From positions 64,001-128,000 of the forward strand of contig BTVJ01000006.1 in the NCBI GenBank assembly GCA_045863395.1: DNA of 64,000 nt. The letters are read 5' to 3'. The notes under the pieces are model-generated. The model did no database searches and was not told the DNA's origin. It saw only the letters and a list, made by a program, of their open reading frames with translations. This stretch comes from Myxococcales bacterium. Lineage in GTDB: Bacteria; Myxococcota_A; UBA9042; JABWCM01; BTVJ01. Positions 38,856 to 47,811 of the stretch are shown piece after piece. The position numbers were made by a program, and so were the translations under genes. Within the stretch, counting starts at the first letter, position 1, and every line of letters begins with the position of its first letter.

Positions 38856-39310
38856 GCCGACTGGAGCTCCGTTCCGACGACCAGGATCAGCACCAGGCGC
38901 ACCAGCACGGACACCGTGAGGAGCGTGGTCACGGTCTCGACGACGCCCTGGCGGTCGAGCCAGATGCCGATGAGGCCGGGGATGATGAAGCCGATGATCG
39001 CCCACTCCTGCCCGAAGGTGGTGATGTTGCCGTGGAGGACCATGCGCAGCCCCATGCCCAGCAGGTAGCCGACCAGGATCATCAACACGGTGCGTCGCCG
39101 CCCGTAGAGGATCAGCACCGACCCGAGGGCGTGGACGATGGCGAAGGTCGCGAAGCCGGCGCCGATGGTCAGCGCCACGTCCATGGGGTGGACGAGGCGC
39201 AGGGCGAAGTAGCCAGGCACCACCATGCCGCCCGGCGCGACGCCGAACAGCTCCGAGAAGACCAGGCTCACGATGAGCCCGACGCCGATGGCGAGGGGGA
39301 GAAGCTCCAT
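38852..39310 (-). CDS. pgsC: Poly-gamma-glutamate biosynthesis membrane subunit
   Basis: G..PGGMVVPGYFAL, LYGRRR, IGFIIPGLIG..DRQG; 152 aa, hydrophobic. Confidence 0.92.
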   Translation of the reverse strand: MELLPLAIGVGLIVSLVFSELFGVAPGGMVVPGYFALRLVHPMDVALTIGAGFATFAIVHALGSVLILYGRRRTVLMILVGYLLGMGLRMVLHGNITTFGQEWAIIGFIIPGLIGIWLDRQGVVETVTTLLTVSVLVRLVLILVVGTELQSA

Positions 39311-39311
39311 G

Positions 39312-40523
39312 TCAGGCGGCCCTCAGTTCCTTGTGGATGATGCTGCGGTTCTTGAAGTGGCGCACCAGGGGGATCCCCTGGCCGCCGATGTTTCCCATGC
39401 CGACGATCAGCGCCTCCTCGCCGGAGACCCCGATGAGCGTCTCGAAGATCTGCTCGACGCCGAAGTCGTCTGCGATCACGTACTTGGAGTAGTCCGCGCC
39501 CCTGTCGACCGCGGCCTTGCTGAAGATGTACGTGCCCGTGCCCATCAGCGCCACGTGGTCGGCCGGCTGCCAGTCCACGCACGCCTCGCCGAGCTGGATG
39601 GACCGGTCGGGGCGGTCCGCGCGGCAGTTGAAGAGCATGATGCGCCGCTTGATGTGCGGGTACTTGGCGATGGCGATGTTCCAGAGGCGCTCGGTGGACT
39701 CCGGGTCGTTGGCCGCGAAGGCGTTGACGAACACGATGCGGCGCCCGAAGAAGTCGATCTCGTAGTCCATCAGCACGCCCGGGTCCGGCTGGGCCTGCCA
39801 CATGCCCCGCAGCGCCACGTTCCGCTCGACGCCCAGGTCCGCGCACACCTTGAGGGCGAGGGCCACGTTCTCGGCGTGCTCGATGTAGCTGAAGCCGGCG
39901 AGGTCCTCCTTGGAGATGTCCGCGACCTCCTCCTCGGTGGTGCCGAAGAACTGTGACTTGCGGTCCGCGGCCGCCACCTTGAAGATGCCGTCCAGGTCTC
40001 GCTCCGCCGTGAAGAACTTGCCCTTGGTGGGCATCATGCCGGCGAGCGCCAGCGCCACGTCGTCCTCCGTGGGCCCCATGACGTCCAGGTGGTCGGGGCG
40101 GGCGTTGGTGATGACCCCGTGGGTCGCCCGCACGATGCGCGCCTCGCACAGCCACTGGAGGTAGGGCACGAGCGCCATGCACTCGATGACCAGCGCCTGG
40201 GCCTCGTTGGCCTGGGCCGTGGCGACGATGCGGAGCTGCTCGATGACGTTGGCCCGCGCCGGCCGGAACACGGGGTACTCCTTGCCGTCGGGCATGATCA
40301 TGCGCGGCAGGGTGCCGGTGGTCTTGGCGCAGGTCCTGATGCCCCCAGCGCGCAGGCCCGCGGCGATGAGGCGAGTCACGCTGGACTTGCCCCGCGTCCC
40401 GTTGACGTGGATGCGGATGGGGATCTTGAAAAGGCGCTTGCGATGGAGCCACAGCTCCGTGACGCCCAGCACCACTGCCACGACGGTCGCGACCACCAGG
40501 ACGATGTAGCGTGTGGGATCCAT
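39312..40523 (-). CDS. pgsB: Poly-gamma-glutamate synthetase (CapB/PgsB amide ligase)
   Basis: HVNGTRGKSS, AKTTGT, ANVIEQ, ECMAL, ITNARPDHLDVMGPT, NAFAANDPEST, GMGNIGG. Confidence 0.95.
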   Translation of the reverse strand: MDPTRYIVLVVATVVAVVLGVTELWLHRKRLFKIPIRIHVNGTRGKSSVTRLIAAGLRAGGIRTCAKTTGTLPRMIMPDGKEYPVFRPARANVIEQLRIVATAQANEAQALVIECMALVPYLQWLCEARIVRATHGVITNARPDHLDVMGPTEDDVALALAGMMPTKGKFFTAERDLDGIFKVAAADRKSQFFGTTEEEVADISKEDLAGFSYIEHAENVALALKVCADLGVERNVALRGMWQAQPDPGVLMDYEIDFFGRRIVFVNAFAANDPESTERLWNIAIAKYPHIKRRIMLFNCRADRPDRSIQLGEACVDWQPADHVALMGTGTYIFSKAAVDRGADYSKYVIADDFGVEQIFETLIGVSGEEALIVGMGNIGGQGIPLVRHFKNRSIIHKELRAA

Positions 40524-40557
40524 CGAGCTCCCGCGGCACGAGGGGGACCGGCGCCGC

Positions 40558-40586
40558 AGTATTGCGACGCGCCCCTGGACTGTCAA
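40558..40586 (-). promoter_or_regulatory. Sigma70-type promoter of the pgs operon
   Basis: Minus strand TTGACA-17 nt-AATACT upstream of the pgsB ATG. Confidence 0.55.
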
Positions 40587-40708
40587 TGGACGGGGTGCAA
40601 CCGTGAGGTGGGTTCGGGTCCGGTGCCCGGATCGCGCGACCGTGGGTAGATCCTTCCGCGCCGGTGTGCGTCCCCACCCTCCGTCACGACCCTTGATGGA
40701 GGAGCCCC

Positions 40709-42283
40709 ATGAGACGCCTGCTTTCGATCACCCTCTGTGCCGCCGCCGCCACCCTGCTCGCCCCCCAGACCGAAGCGCGGAGTCCCCGCGACGACGACGA
40801 GGAGCGCCCCTCGCCGTCACCAGCTCACATGAAGGTCTACGACTTCTCCAGCATCGAGGTCATGGGCGAGCTGGGCGTGACCGCCGGTGGCGCCCAGGAC
40901 ATCCGCTTCTTCCGGGACCGCGCCGCCTCTGGGGAGGTGCCCCACCCGGCGGTGTTCACGCCCGAGGGCCTCTTCAGCGAGCACGACCTGCCCTTGGAGT
41001 CGCGTGGCCCGTGCCGCGAGCTGGTCTGCGCCTTCGGTGAAGCCAGCGACGCCCGCCTGCTGGTGCAGCCCGAGGTGCTCTGGCTCGCGCAGCTCGGCTT
41101 CTCGTCCGGAATGGATCCCGCCACGTTTCGACGCGCCCCGCTGAACCTCGTCGCAGTGGTCGACAAGTCCGGCTCCATGAGCGGGCAGCCCATGGAGATG
41201 GTGAAGAAGGCGCTCCACAAGCTCGCGGACCAGCTCGACGACCGCGACCGGCTCCAGATCGTGCTCTACGGGGACACCTCGCACGTGCACCTGGAGGCGA
41301 CCGGGGGCGCCGAGAAGGGGCGGCTGCACAGCGCCATCGACGCCATCGCCATCAACGGGTCCACGTACATGGAGGCAGGCCTGAAGCTCGGCTTCGCGGA
41401 GGCCCGCAAGAGCGCCGCGCGCTTCGACGGCCTGACCCGCGTGATGCTCTACACCGACGAGCGCCCGAACGTCGGGCGCACGGACGCCGAGTCCTTCATG
41501 GGCATGGCGGAGGCCAACTCCCGGGCCGGCATCGGGATGACCACCATCGGCGTGGGGGTCCAGTTCGGGGCCGAGCTGGCGACGAAGATCAGCAGCGTCC
41601 GTGGCGGCAACCTCTTCTTCTTCAATGACGACGCGGCCATCGAGAAGACCTTCGGCGAGGAGCTCGACACCATCGTCACCGAGCTGGCCTACGACATGGC
41701 GCTGGAGGTGCGGCCGGCGCCAGGCCTCAAGATCGCGGGCATGTACGGGATCCCGGGTGAGGCGCTCCAGTGGACCCCCGAGGGCGGGCTGAAGGTCCAG
41801 ATCGCCACCATGTTCGCGAGCAAGCGGGCCGGGGCGATCTACGTGGCGTTCTCGTCGGAGGCGGGGCCGAACCTGCCTGCGCGTCGCCTGGAGCGGGGGG
41901 ACTCGGCGGGCTCCGTGTCCCTGGTCTACACGCTGCGCGACGGCCGGGTGGTCTCGGGGGCCGCGGACCTCACGTATGTGGCTCCCGGGCAGACGAGCAC
42001 GGGCTTGTTCCGGGGCGCGCTCCTCGTGAACCAGGCGACCGCGCTGAAGGAGGCGACGCGGCTTCATCACGAGAAGAACGACCAGGAGGGCGCCTACCAG
42101 CTCGTACACGCCGTGGCGTCCATCTACCGGCAGATCGCGGACGAGGAGCTGCGGTCGGAGGTGGAGCTCACGGAGAACCTGGAGCGGACGCTTGCGAAGC
42201 TGTCCGGGCACGAGGGCGAGCCGTCGAGCGTCCGCCCGGGCCCGCGAATCAACCCGGTGACCGGGCTGCCCGCCGAGGACTGA
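40709..42283 (+). CDS. Secreted von Willebrand factor A (VWA) domain protein
   Basis: Signal peptide; PLNLVAVVDKSGSM (MIDAS DxSxS), GSTYMEAGL, YTDERPN. Confidence 0.85.
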   Translation: MRRLLSITLCAAAATLLAPQTEARSPRDDDEERPSPSPAHMKVYDFSSIEVMGELGVTAGGAQDIRFFRDRAASGEVPHPAVFTPEGLFSEHDLPLESRGPCRELVCAFGEASDARLLVQPEVLWLAQLGFSSGMDPATFRRAPLNLVAVVDKSGSMSGQPMEMVKKALHKLADQLDDRDRLQIVLYGDTSHVHLEATGGAEKGRLHSAIDAIAINGSTYMEAGLKLGFAEARKSAARFDGLTRVMLYTDERPNVGRTDAESFMGMAEANSRAGIGMTTIGVGVQFGAELATKISSVRGGNLFFFNDDAAIEKTFGEELDTIVTELAYDMALEVRPAPGLKIAGMYGIPGEALQWTPEGGLKVQIATMFASKRAGAIYVAFSSEAGPNLPARRLERGDSAGSVSLVYTLRDGRVVSGAADLTYVAPGQTSTGLFRGALLVNQATALKEATRLHHEKNDQEGAYQLVHAVASIYRQIADEELRSEVELTENLERTLAKLSGHEGEPSSVRPGPRINPVTGLPAED

Positions 42284-42305
42284 GCTCCTCCCACCCAGTG
42301 TCGCC

Positions 42306-43484
42306 CTAGCCAGACACCAGGCTGAACAGCCACCCAAGGCCCACCCAGGCGCCCATGGCCGACCCGAGCGTCGAGGCGACGGTGACCAGGAGGACACGGG
42401 TCGCGCGGTTCGCGTAGATGCCGCGGAGGCTCTCGATGGCGTGGGGGATGGCCTCCGCGTCTTCGACGGTGGGCTTTCGCAGCCACGCCTCCAGGAGTCC
42501 CACGACCAGACCCGCCGGGACCATGGGGTTCAGGGACGTGATGGGTGAGGCGATGAAGCCCGCGAGCACCGACAGGGGCTTGCCGCCGGCGATGGCGGTC
42601 AGCAGGGCGCAGAAGATGGAGTTGGGCAGGATCCAGGCCGTGAGCACCTGCCGGAAGGACTCGACGTGCTGCGCCTGGGCGCCCCGCCAGAACAGGTAGA
42701 GGATCAGCGCCGGGAGGATCCACTTGACCACCTGGGTCCACCGCGCCGGGGGAGGCAGGACGTCCAGCTTGGCGCGGTCCACCTCCGTGTGGAGGTGGCG
42801 GATCATGCCCCCCACGTGGGCGGCCCCCACCACCGCCACCAGGCGAGCGCCCTCCGCAGCTCGGATGCCGGCGATCATGTAGCGGTCCCGCTCGTCGATC
42901 AGCGGCTCCTTGACCTCGGGGAGCATCTTGCCGAGCTCCTCCATGGCCTGGGAGAGGCTGGCGTTGTCCTTCAGCTTCTCGATGTCCTTGGACTCGATCT
43001 CGCCCTCCTCGCCGCCGGCCAGGAAGGCACCGAGGAGCTTCGCCTTGCTCAGGAACGACAGGTTCCGCCACGTCCGCTTGAGCGTGATGTGGACGTCCCG
43101 ATCGATGAGGACCACCTTCGCGCCGATGGCGGTCGCCTCCTCCGTCGCCGCGAGCAGCTCGGCGCCGGGTTTGACGCCGAGGCGGTCTCCCAGGCGCTTC
43201 TGCCACGCCGCGATGGCGAGGCTCACGAGCAGGAACAGCGTCTTGCCCTCGCGGATGACCTTGAACACGTCCAGGCGACGCCACCGGCTGTCGTCGGTCA
43301 GGGCCTCGTAGCGGCCCTGGTCCAGCTCCACGCAGACCGTGTCAGGGCGCAGGTCGCGGATCACCTGGCGTACCTCGTGGACGCTCGCCTCCGAGACGTG
43401 CGCCGTGCCGACCAGGTGCACGAGGCGCCCGTCCACGTCGATGATCCGGATGTTGTCGGGGAGCGCCGGCGCGTCCTGGTCCAT
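42306..43484 (-). CDS. TraB/PrgY (pheromone-shutdown) family protein
   Basis: LVGTAHVS, PDTVCVELD, PGAEL, LIDERDRYM, VVGAAHVGG, C-terminal TMs. Confidence 0.9.
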   Translation of the reverse strand: MDQDAPALPDNIRIIDVDGRLVHLVGTAHVSEASVHEVRQVIRDLRPDTVCVELDQGRYEALTDDSRWRRLDVFKVIREGKTLFLLVSLAIAAWQKRLGDRLGVKPGAELLAATEEATAIGAKVVLIDRDVHITLKRTWRNLSFLSKAKLLGAFLAGGEEGEIESKDIEKLKDNASLSQAMEELGKMLPEVKEPLIDERDRYMIAGIRAAEGARLVAVVGAAHVGGMIRHLHTEVDRAKLDVLPPPARWTQVVKWILPALILYLFWRGAQAQHVESFRQVLTAWILPNSIFCALLTAIAGGKPLSVLAGFIASPITSLNPMVPAGLVVGLLEAWLRKPTVEDAEAIPHAIESLRGIYANRATRVLLVTVASTLGSAMGAWVGLGWLFSLVSG

Positions 43485-43584
43485 GTTCCCTCTCCGTGTG
43501 GACGCGACTGTCTATCACCGACCGGTGGATGCGGCAACCACCGCAGGGTGGACAGCGCCGGCGCCTTCGGGCAGGGTAGGGCGC

Positions 43585-44070
43585 ATGGGCATCCTGGCGC
43601 TGCTGTTCATCGTCGTCCCCATCGTGGAGCTGAGCCTGCTCGTCCGCATCGGCGCGCGTATCGGCTTTCTCCCCACCGTCGCGCTCGTCATCGCGACGGG
43701 CGTCCTCGGCGCCGGCCTGGCGAAGTGGCAGGGCACGGGGGTCATCCGCCAGATGAAGGGGGAGCTCCTGCGAGGCCACCTGCCGGCGGAGTCCCTCGTC
43801 GATGGGGCCATCCTGCTGGTCGCCGCGCTCCTGCTGATCACGCCCGGTGTGCTAACGGACCTCGTTGGGCTCCTGTGCCTCGTGCCGCCGATCCGGGCCA
43901 TGGTGCGGGAGCGGGTGTGGAAGCAGGTCAAGGAGGCGGTGCGGGTGCAGCAGGTGCGCATCGTCGGCGGGGACCCCTTCGCGCGTCCCGGCGACGTGAT
44001 CATCGAGGGCGAGTCGGAGGTGGTGGAGTCACACCGGGATCCGCGTCTTCAGCCCCCGAGGAGCGAGTAG
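43585..44070 (+). CDS. fxsA: FxsA family membrane protein
   Basis: LFIVVPIVEL...TVALVIATGVLG...DGAILLVAALLLITPGVLTD...IIEGE. Confidence 0.9.
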   Translation: MGILALLFIVVPIVELSLLVRIGARIGFLPTVALVIATGVLGAGLAKWQGTGVIRQMKGELLRGHLPAESLVDGAILLVAALLLITPGVLTDLVGLLCLVPPIRAMVRERVWKQVKEAVRVQQVRIVGGDPFARPGDVIIEGESEVVESHRDPRLQPPRSE

Positions 44071-44525
44071 ACGACGTCGGCGCGGCGCACCAGCCACTCG
44101 CTGCCCTGTTTGCGGAGCTGGAGGCGGATTCGCCGGTGCGCGCGCACCTCCGCGTCGTCGGGATCCACGCGGCCCCCCTCACCCGCCAGGTCCACGCGGA
44201 TCTTGACTGTCGCCGTGCCCGCGTCCTTGTCCAGCTCGATGTCCAGGTTGCTGATCACCACGTCAAGGGAGTCCACCCGGTCCGTGATGCGGAACACGCG
44301 GTCCGTGATGCCCTCGCGGTCGTGCCCATACGGATCGGAGTAGTCGAGGGTGAGCCCGTCGAGGAAGGCGTCTGTGTCGCCGTTCTCCACGGCGGCCTCC
44401 AGCGCGGCGACGCGGGCCTCTATGGCAAGCCGGTCCGGGTCGGGCCGGGTGAGCCACGCCCAGATGCCCCAGCCCGCCAGCACGGCGATGACCGCGATGG
44501 CCACGTGGCGCGGCGAGATGGTCAT
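44049..44525 (-). CDS. Membrane-anchored NTF2/SnoaL-like hypothetical protein
   Basis: N-terminal TM; AVENGD...LTLDYSD..G and L.LRK.G.EWLV typical of NTF2-like folds. Confidence 0.6.
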   Translation of the reverse strand: MTISPRHVAIAVIAVLAGWGIWAWLTRPDPDRLAIEARVAALEAAVENGDTDAFLDGLTLDYSDPYGHDREGITDRVFRITDRVDSLDVVISNLDIELDKDAGTATVKIRVDLAGEGGRVDPDDAEVRAHRRIRLQLRKQGSEWLVRRADVVYSLLGG

Positions 44526-44550
44526 CTCAGGGGGCTCCGGGGATGGGGGG

Positions 44551-44634
44551 TGCCGAAGGTGGGACTCGAACCCACACACCCTTGCGGGTACCGGATTTTG
44601 AGTCCGGCGCGTCTACCGGTTTCACCACTTCGGC
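44551..44634 (-). tRNA. tRNA-Leu (anticodon CAA)
   Basis: Reverse complement GCCGAAG...TGGTGAAACCGGTAGACGC GCCGGA-CTCAAAA-TCCGGT, long variable arm, GGTTCGAGTCC T-loop, CTTCGGC-A acceptor; CCA not encoded. Confidence 0.97.
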
Positions 44635-44643
44635 ATGGCGGGC

Positions 44644-44672
44644 ATGATCTTCGCGACCGTGGAGCGTGTCAA
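44644..44672 (-). promoter_or_regulatory. Promoter of tRNA-Leu
   Basis: Minus strand TTGACA-17 nt-GATCAT followed by a GC-rich discriminator; the -35 overlaps the SDR stop codon. Confidence 0.55.
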
Positions 44673-45400
44673 GAGGCATCCAGGCTTTGGCCGCCGTCCA
44701 CGTGCAGAGTCGTACCCGTGATGAACTGCGCGGCCTCAGAGGCAAGGAAGGCGACGACGGCGCCCACCTCCCACGGAGTGCCCAGGCGGCCCACGGGGAC
44801 GTCGGGCTTGTCCACGCCGTCCGCCTCCCAAGGGCAGCGCTCGAAGGCGCTCGTGTCGATGGCGCCCAGTGCCACCGCGCTCACGCGCACGCCCTGGCGC
44901 ACCCAGCGGCCAGCCAGCCGGCGCGTCAGCTCCTCGATGGGGGCCACCCGGGCGGCGCGGGTGTCGTCGCAGCAGGCGTCCACCAGGTTGACGATGGCGC
45001 CGCTCGCGCGGGAGAGCAGCGGCTGAACGGCCCGGCAGTAGGACGCGACGCCCTCCACCACCGTGTCGAAGGAGCCGTTGCCTTCGTCGTGGCGGGCGAC
45101 GGTCACCAGCAGGTCCAGGTGGCCGTGGACGGTCTCCAGCTCCTCCACCAGCTCGCCGAGGGAGTCGGCGCTCTGCGGGTCGGAGTCGAAGCCGGACACG
45201 GGGCCGCCCTCGCTCGTGAGCTCCCGAAACCAGGTGTCCAGGCCGCCGATGCGGGACCCGGTCAGGATCACCTCGGCGCCCAGGCGGGACAGGACTGCTG
45301 CGATGCCGCGGCCGATGCCAGAGTCGCCGCCCGTCACCAAGGCGACCTTGCCCTCCAGCAGGCCCTCACGGAACGGCCTGGGGCCGTCGCTACCGTACAC
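44669..45400 (-). CDS. Divergent short-chain dehydrogenase/reductase (SDR)
   Basis: GKVALVTGGDSGIG, GRLGTPWEV, FLASEAAQFITGTTLHVDGG; no YxxxK. Confidence 0.75.
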   Translation of the reverse strand: MYGSDGPRPFREGLLEGKVALVTGGDSGIGRGIAAVLSRLGAEVILTGSRIGGLDTWFRELTSEGGPVSGFDSDPQSADSLGELVEELETVHGHLDLLVTVARHDEGNGSFDTVVEGVASYCRAVQPLLSRASGAIVNLVDACCDDTRAARVAPIEELTRRLAGRWVRQGVRVSAVALGAIDTSAFERCPWEADGVDKPDVPVGRLGTPWEVGAVVAFLASEAAQFITGTTLHVDGGQSLDAS

Positions 45401-45467
45401 GATGGATGTCCTCGTCGCGGGTTTGTCCCTCGGGGCGGTGCGCCGCAGCCTCTCCGAGGAGCAGCCA

Positions 45468-45497
45468 AGCCTAGTCGAGTCCCGCGCGGGGTGTCAA
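45468..45497 (-). promoter_or_regulatory. Possible sigma70-type promoter for the SDR gene
   Basis: Minus strand TTGACA-18 nt-TAGGCT. Confidence 0.45.
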
Positions 45498-45614
45498 CAC
45501 CGGCGCGCAGGGCGACACCGCGCAGGCGCCACTGGCGGGGCCGTCGCGCGGCCCCGGGTTGATCCTGCGAGGCCACGGGGGGCATAGTGGCCACCCTGCG
45601 ACAGGAGGCGACAC

Positions 45615-46442
45615 ATGCTCAGGACGAGGCAGCTCGGGGTCATCGGGGCGGGGAACATGGGGGAGGCGCTGCTGCGCGGCGTCCTGCACGGTGGGCTGAT
45701 CAACGCAGATCGGGTGCTGGCGTCGGCGCGGACGGAGGGGCGGCTTCGTGAGCTGCGGGACCGGCTCCACGTCCGGACCACCCTCGACAACGCCGCTGTC
45801 GTCGATGCCTCCGACGTGGTGGTCCTGGCGGTCAAACCCCAGGTCATGCCCGAGGTGCTGGGCCCCCTGCGGGGTCGCTTCCGGGCGAATCAGATCGTGC
45901 TCAGCGTCGCCGCGGGCATCACGACCGGGACCATCGAGGAGGCCCTCGGCGTGAGCGCTGCGGTCCTGCGGGCCATGCCGAACACGCCCGCGCTGGTGGG
46001 AGAGGGCGCCAGCGCCTACTGCCGGGGCCGCTGGGCGACCGCCGAGCACGCGCTGGTCACCCAGGCGATCCTGGACTCGGTGGGCATGGCCGTGGAGGTG
46101 GACGAGGCGCTCATGGACCCGGTCACCGCGGTCAGCGGGACGGGGCCCGCGTACATCTTCTATACGTTGGAGGCCATGATCGGCGGGGCCGTCGCCCTCG
46201 GGATCCCCGACGAGCTCGCCCGGCGCCTGGTCAAGCAGACCGTGCTCGGCGCCGCGCGGCTGGTCATGGACGCCGGCGAGGAGCCGGACCAGCTCCGCGC
46301 GAGGGTCACGTCCAAGGGTGGGACGACGGAGGCCGCGATCACGCACCTCGGGCAGAACGGGTACGCGGCGCTCGTCCAGGCCGCCATCGGTGCGGCCTGC
46401 CGGCGGGCCAACGAGCTGGGCGCCCGCAAGGAGGGAGCATGA
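45615..46442 (+). CDS. proC: Pyrroline-5-carboxylate reductase
   Basis: IGAGNMG, LAVKPQ, SVAAG, RAMPNTP, TAVSGTGPAY, VTSKGGTT. Confidence 0.96.
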   Translation: MLRTRQLGVIGAGNMGEALLRGVLHGGLINADRVLASARTEGRLRELRDRLHVRTTLDNAAVVDASDVVVLAVKPQVMPEVLGPLRGRFRANQIVLSVAAGITTGTIEEALGVSAAVLRAMPNTPALVGEGASAYCRGRWATAEHALVTQAILDSVGMAVEVDEALMDPVTAVSGTGPAYIFYTLEAMIGGAVALGIPDELARRLVKQTVLGAARLVMDAGEEPDQLRARVTSKGGTTEAAITHLGQNGYAALVQAAIGAACRRANELGARKEGA

Positions 46443-47590
46443 ACATCGAGGCGTTCGCGCGAGCATTTGCAGAGGCCGAGGCCCCGGGCATGCTCGCGGA
46501 GCTGGAGGCGGTGGTGAACGTCAACAGCGGCACCGCCAACCTCGCGGGCAACCGGGTCATGCTCGACTGCTTCGAGGCGCTGTTCCGGCGTTCGGGGCTG
46601 GAGCGGGGCGGTCAGGTGGAGGCGCATGGGCGCCCGCATCTGATCCTGACGGGCGGGGACGGGGACCGCCACATCCTGCTCGTTGGGCACGTGGACACCG
46701 TGTTCCCCGAGGGCCACCCCTTCCAGCGCTTCGAGGTGCGGGGTGAGCGGGCGCACGGGCCTGGCGTCAACGACATGAAGGGTGGGCTCATCGTGGCGGC
46801 GGCGACGGTGCGCGCCCTCGGCGAGCTTGGGGCGCTGGGGCGCACGCGGGTGACGGCCTTCCTGAATAGCGACGAGGAGGTCCAGTCGCCCACGTCCAAG
46901 GCGCTGCTCCTGGATCTGTGCGCCCGGGAGCGCTTCGACATGGCGCTGGTCTTCGAGGGCGGCCGCAAGACCGGGGCGCTGGTCAGGGCCCGCAAGGGGG
47001 TCGGGAAGTACGTGCTCGCCTCGCAGGGGCGGGCGGCTCACTCGGGCATGAGCCACGAGGCCGGCATCAACGCCATCGAAGAGCTTGCGGCGAAGGTCGG
47101 TCCCATCCAGGCGCTGACCGACTATGACAAGGGGGTGACCCTGAACGTGGGGACGTTCCACGGTGGGGTGGGGCGCAACACGGTGCCCCCGGAGGCCCGC
47201 TGCGAGGTGGACGTGCGCATCTGGCGCCCGGAGGACGCCGCACCGGTGGACGAGGCCCTGCGCAGGATTGCTGCGCAGGTGCGGCTCGCTGGGGCTTCGA
47301 CGACCATCGAGGGCGGCATCGGGCGCCCGCCCTGGCCGGTCAACGAGGCGAGCGACCGCCTGGTGGGGCTCTGGGCGGCCGCTGGCGAGGCACTTGGTGT
47401 GTGTGTGGAGGCGGAGGCTACCGGAGGCGGCAGCGACGGCAACTTCACCCACCAGGTGGGGATCCCCACCCTCGACGCCCTGGGACCCCAGGGGGGGCAC
47501 CCCCACACCCCGGAGGAGTACATCGAGATCGCGAGCCTGGAGTCCCGCGTGGCGCTGCACACGGTGGCGCTGGCGCGCTGGCTCGACTGA
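46439..47590 (+). CDS. M20 family metallopeptidase (glutamate carboxypeptidase G2-like)
   Basis: GHVDTVFP, GPGVNDMKGG, SDEE, GRAAHSG, GGGSDGN, HTPEEY; ATGA overlap with proC. Confidence 0.9.
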   Translation: MNIEAFARAFAEAEAPGMLAELEAVVNVNSGTANLAGNRVMLDCFEALFRRSGLERGGQVEAHGRPHLILTGGDGDRHILLVGHVDTVFPEGHPFQRFEVRGERAHGPGVNDMKGGLIVAAATVRALGELGALGRTRVTAFLNSDEEVQSPTSKALLLDLCARERFDMALVFEGGRKTGALVRARKGVGKYVLASQGRAAHSGMSHEAGINAIEELAAKVGPIQALTDYDKGVTLNVGTFHGGVGRNTVPPEARCEVDVRIWRPEDAAPVDEALRRIAAQVRLAGASTTIEGGIGRPPWPVNEASDRLVGLWAAAGEALGVCVEAEATGGGSDGNFTHQVGIPTLDALGPQGGHPHTPEEYIEIASLESRVALHTVALARWLD

Positions 47591-47811
47591 CGGTGGGGGA
47601 CTGCGGCGAGGGTCCCTCTGTCACGCTCCCCGACTCCGCCGCGCCTCCCGGACAAGCTGCGCGACCTGACCCCCGAGGCCGTGGTGGGCGGCACCGACGC
47701 GGGCGACGCCCGAAAGAGTGTGGACACTCGGTAGCTTGACGAGGAACCGCTTCGCGGCGCGGGCTCTGTCGTGTATGAGCGACTCCCTACCCCTTCAACG
47801 GAGCAGCACCC

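Noticed and set aside
42306..43484. TraB of myxobacterial TraAB outer-membrane exchange or of conjugation
   Set aside because: The motifs are of the TraB/PrgY pheromone-shutdown family; there is no beta-barrel/OmpA domain and no tra cluster.
44049..44634. Integrated element at tRNA-Leu
   Set aside because: I saw no integrase, no duplicated tRNA 3' end and no obvious composition shift.
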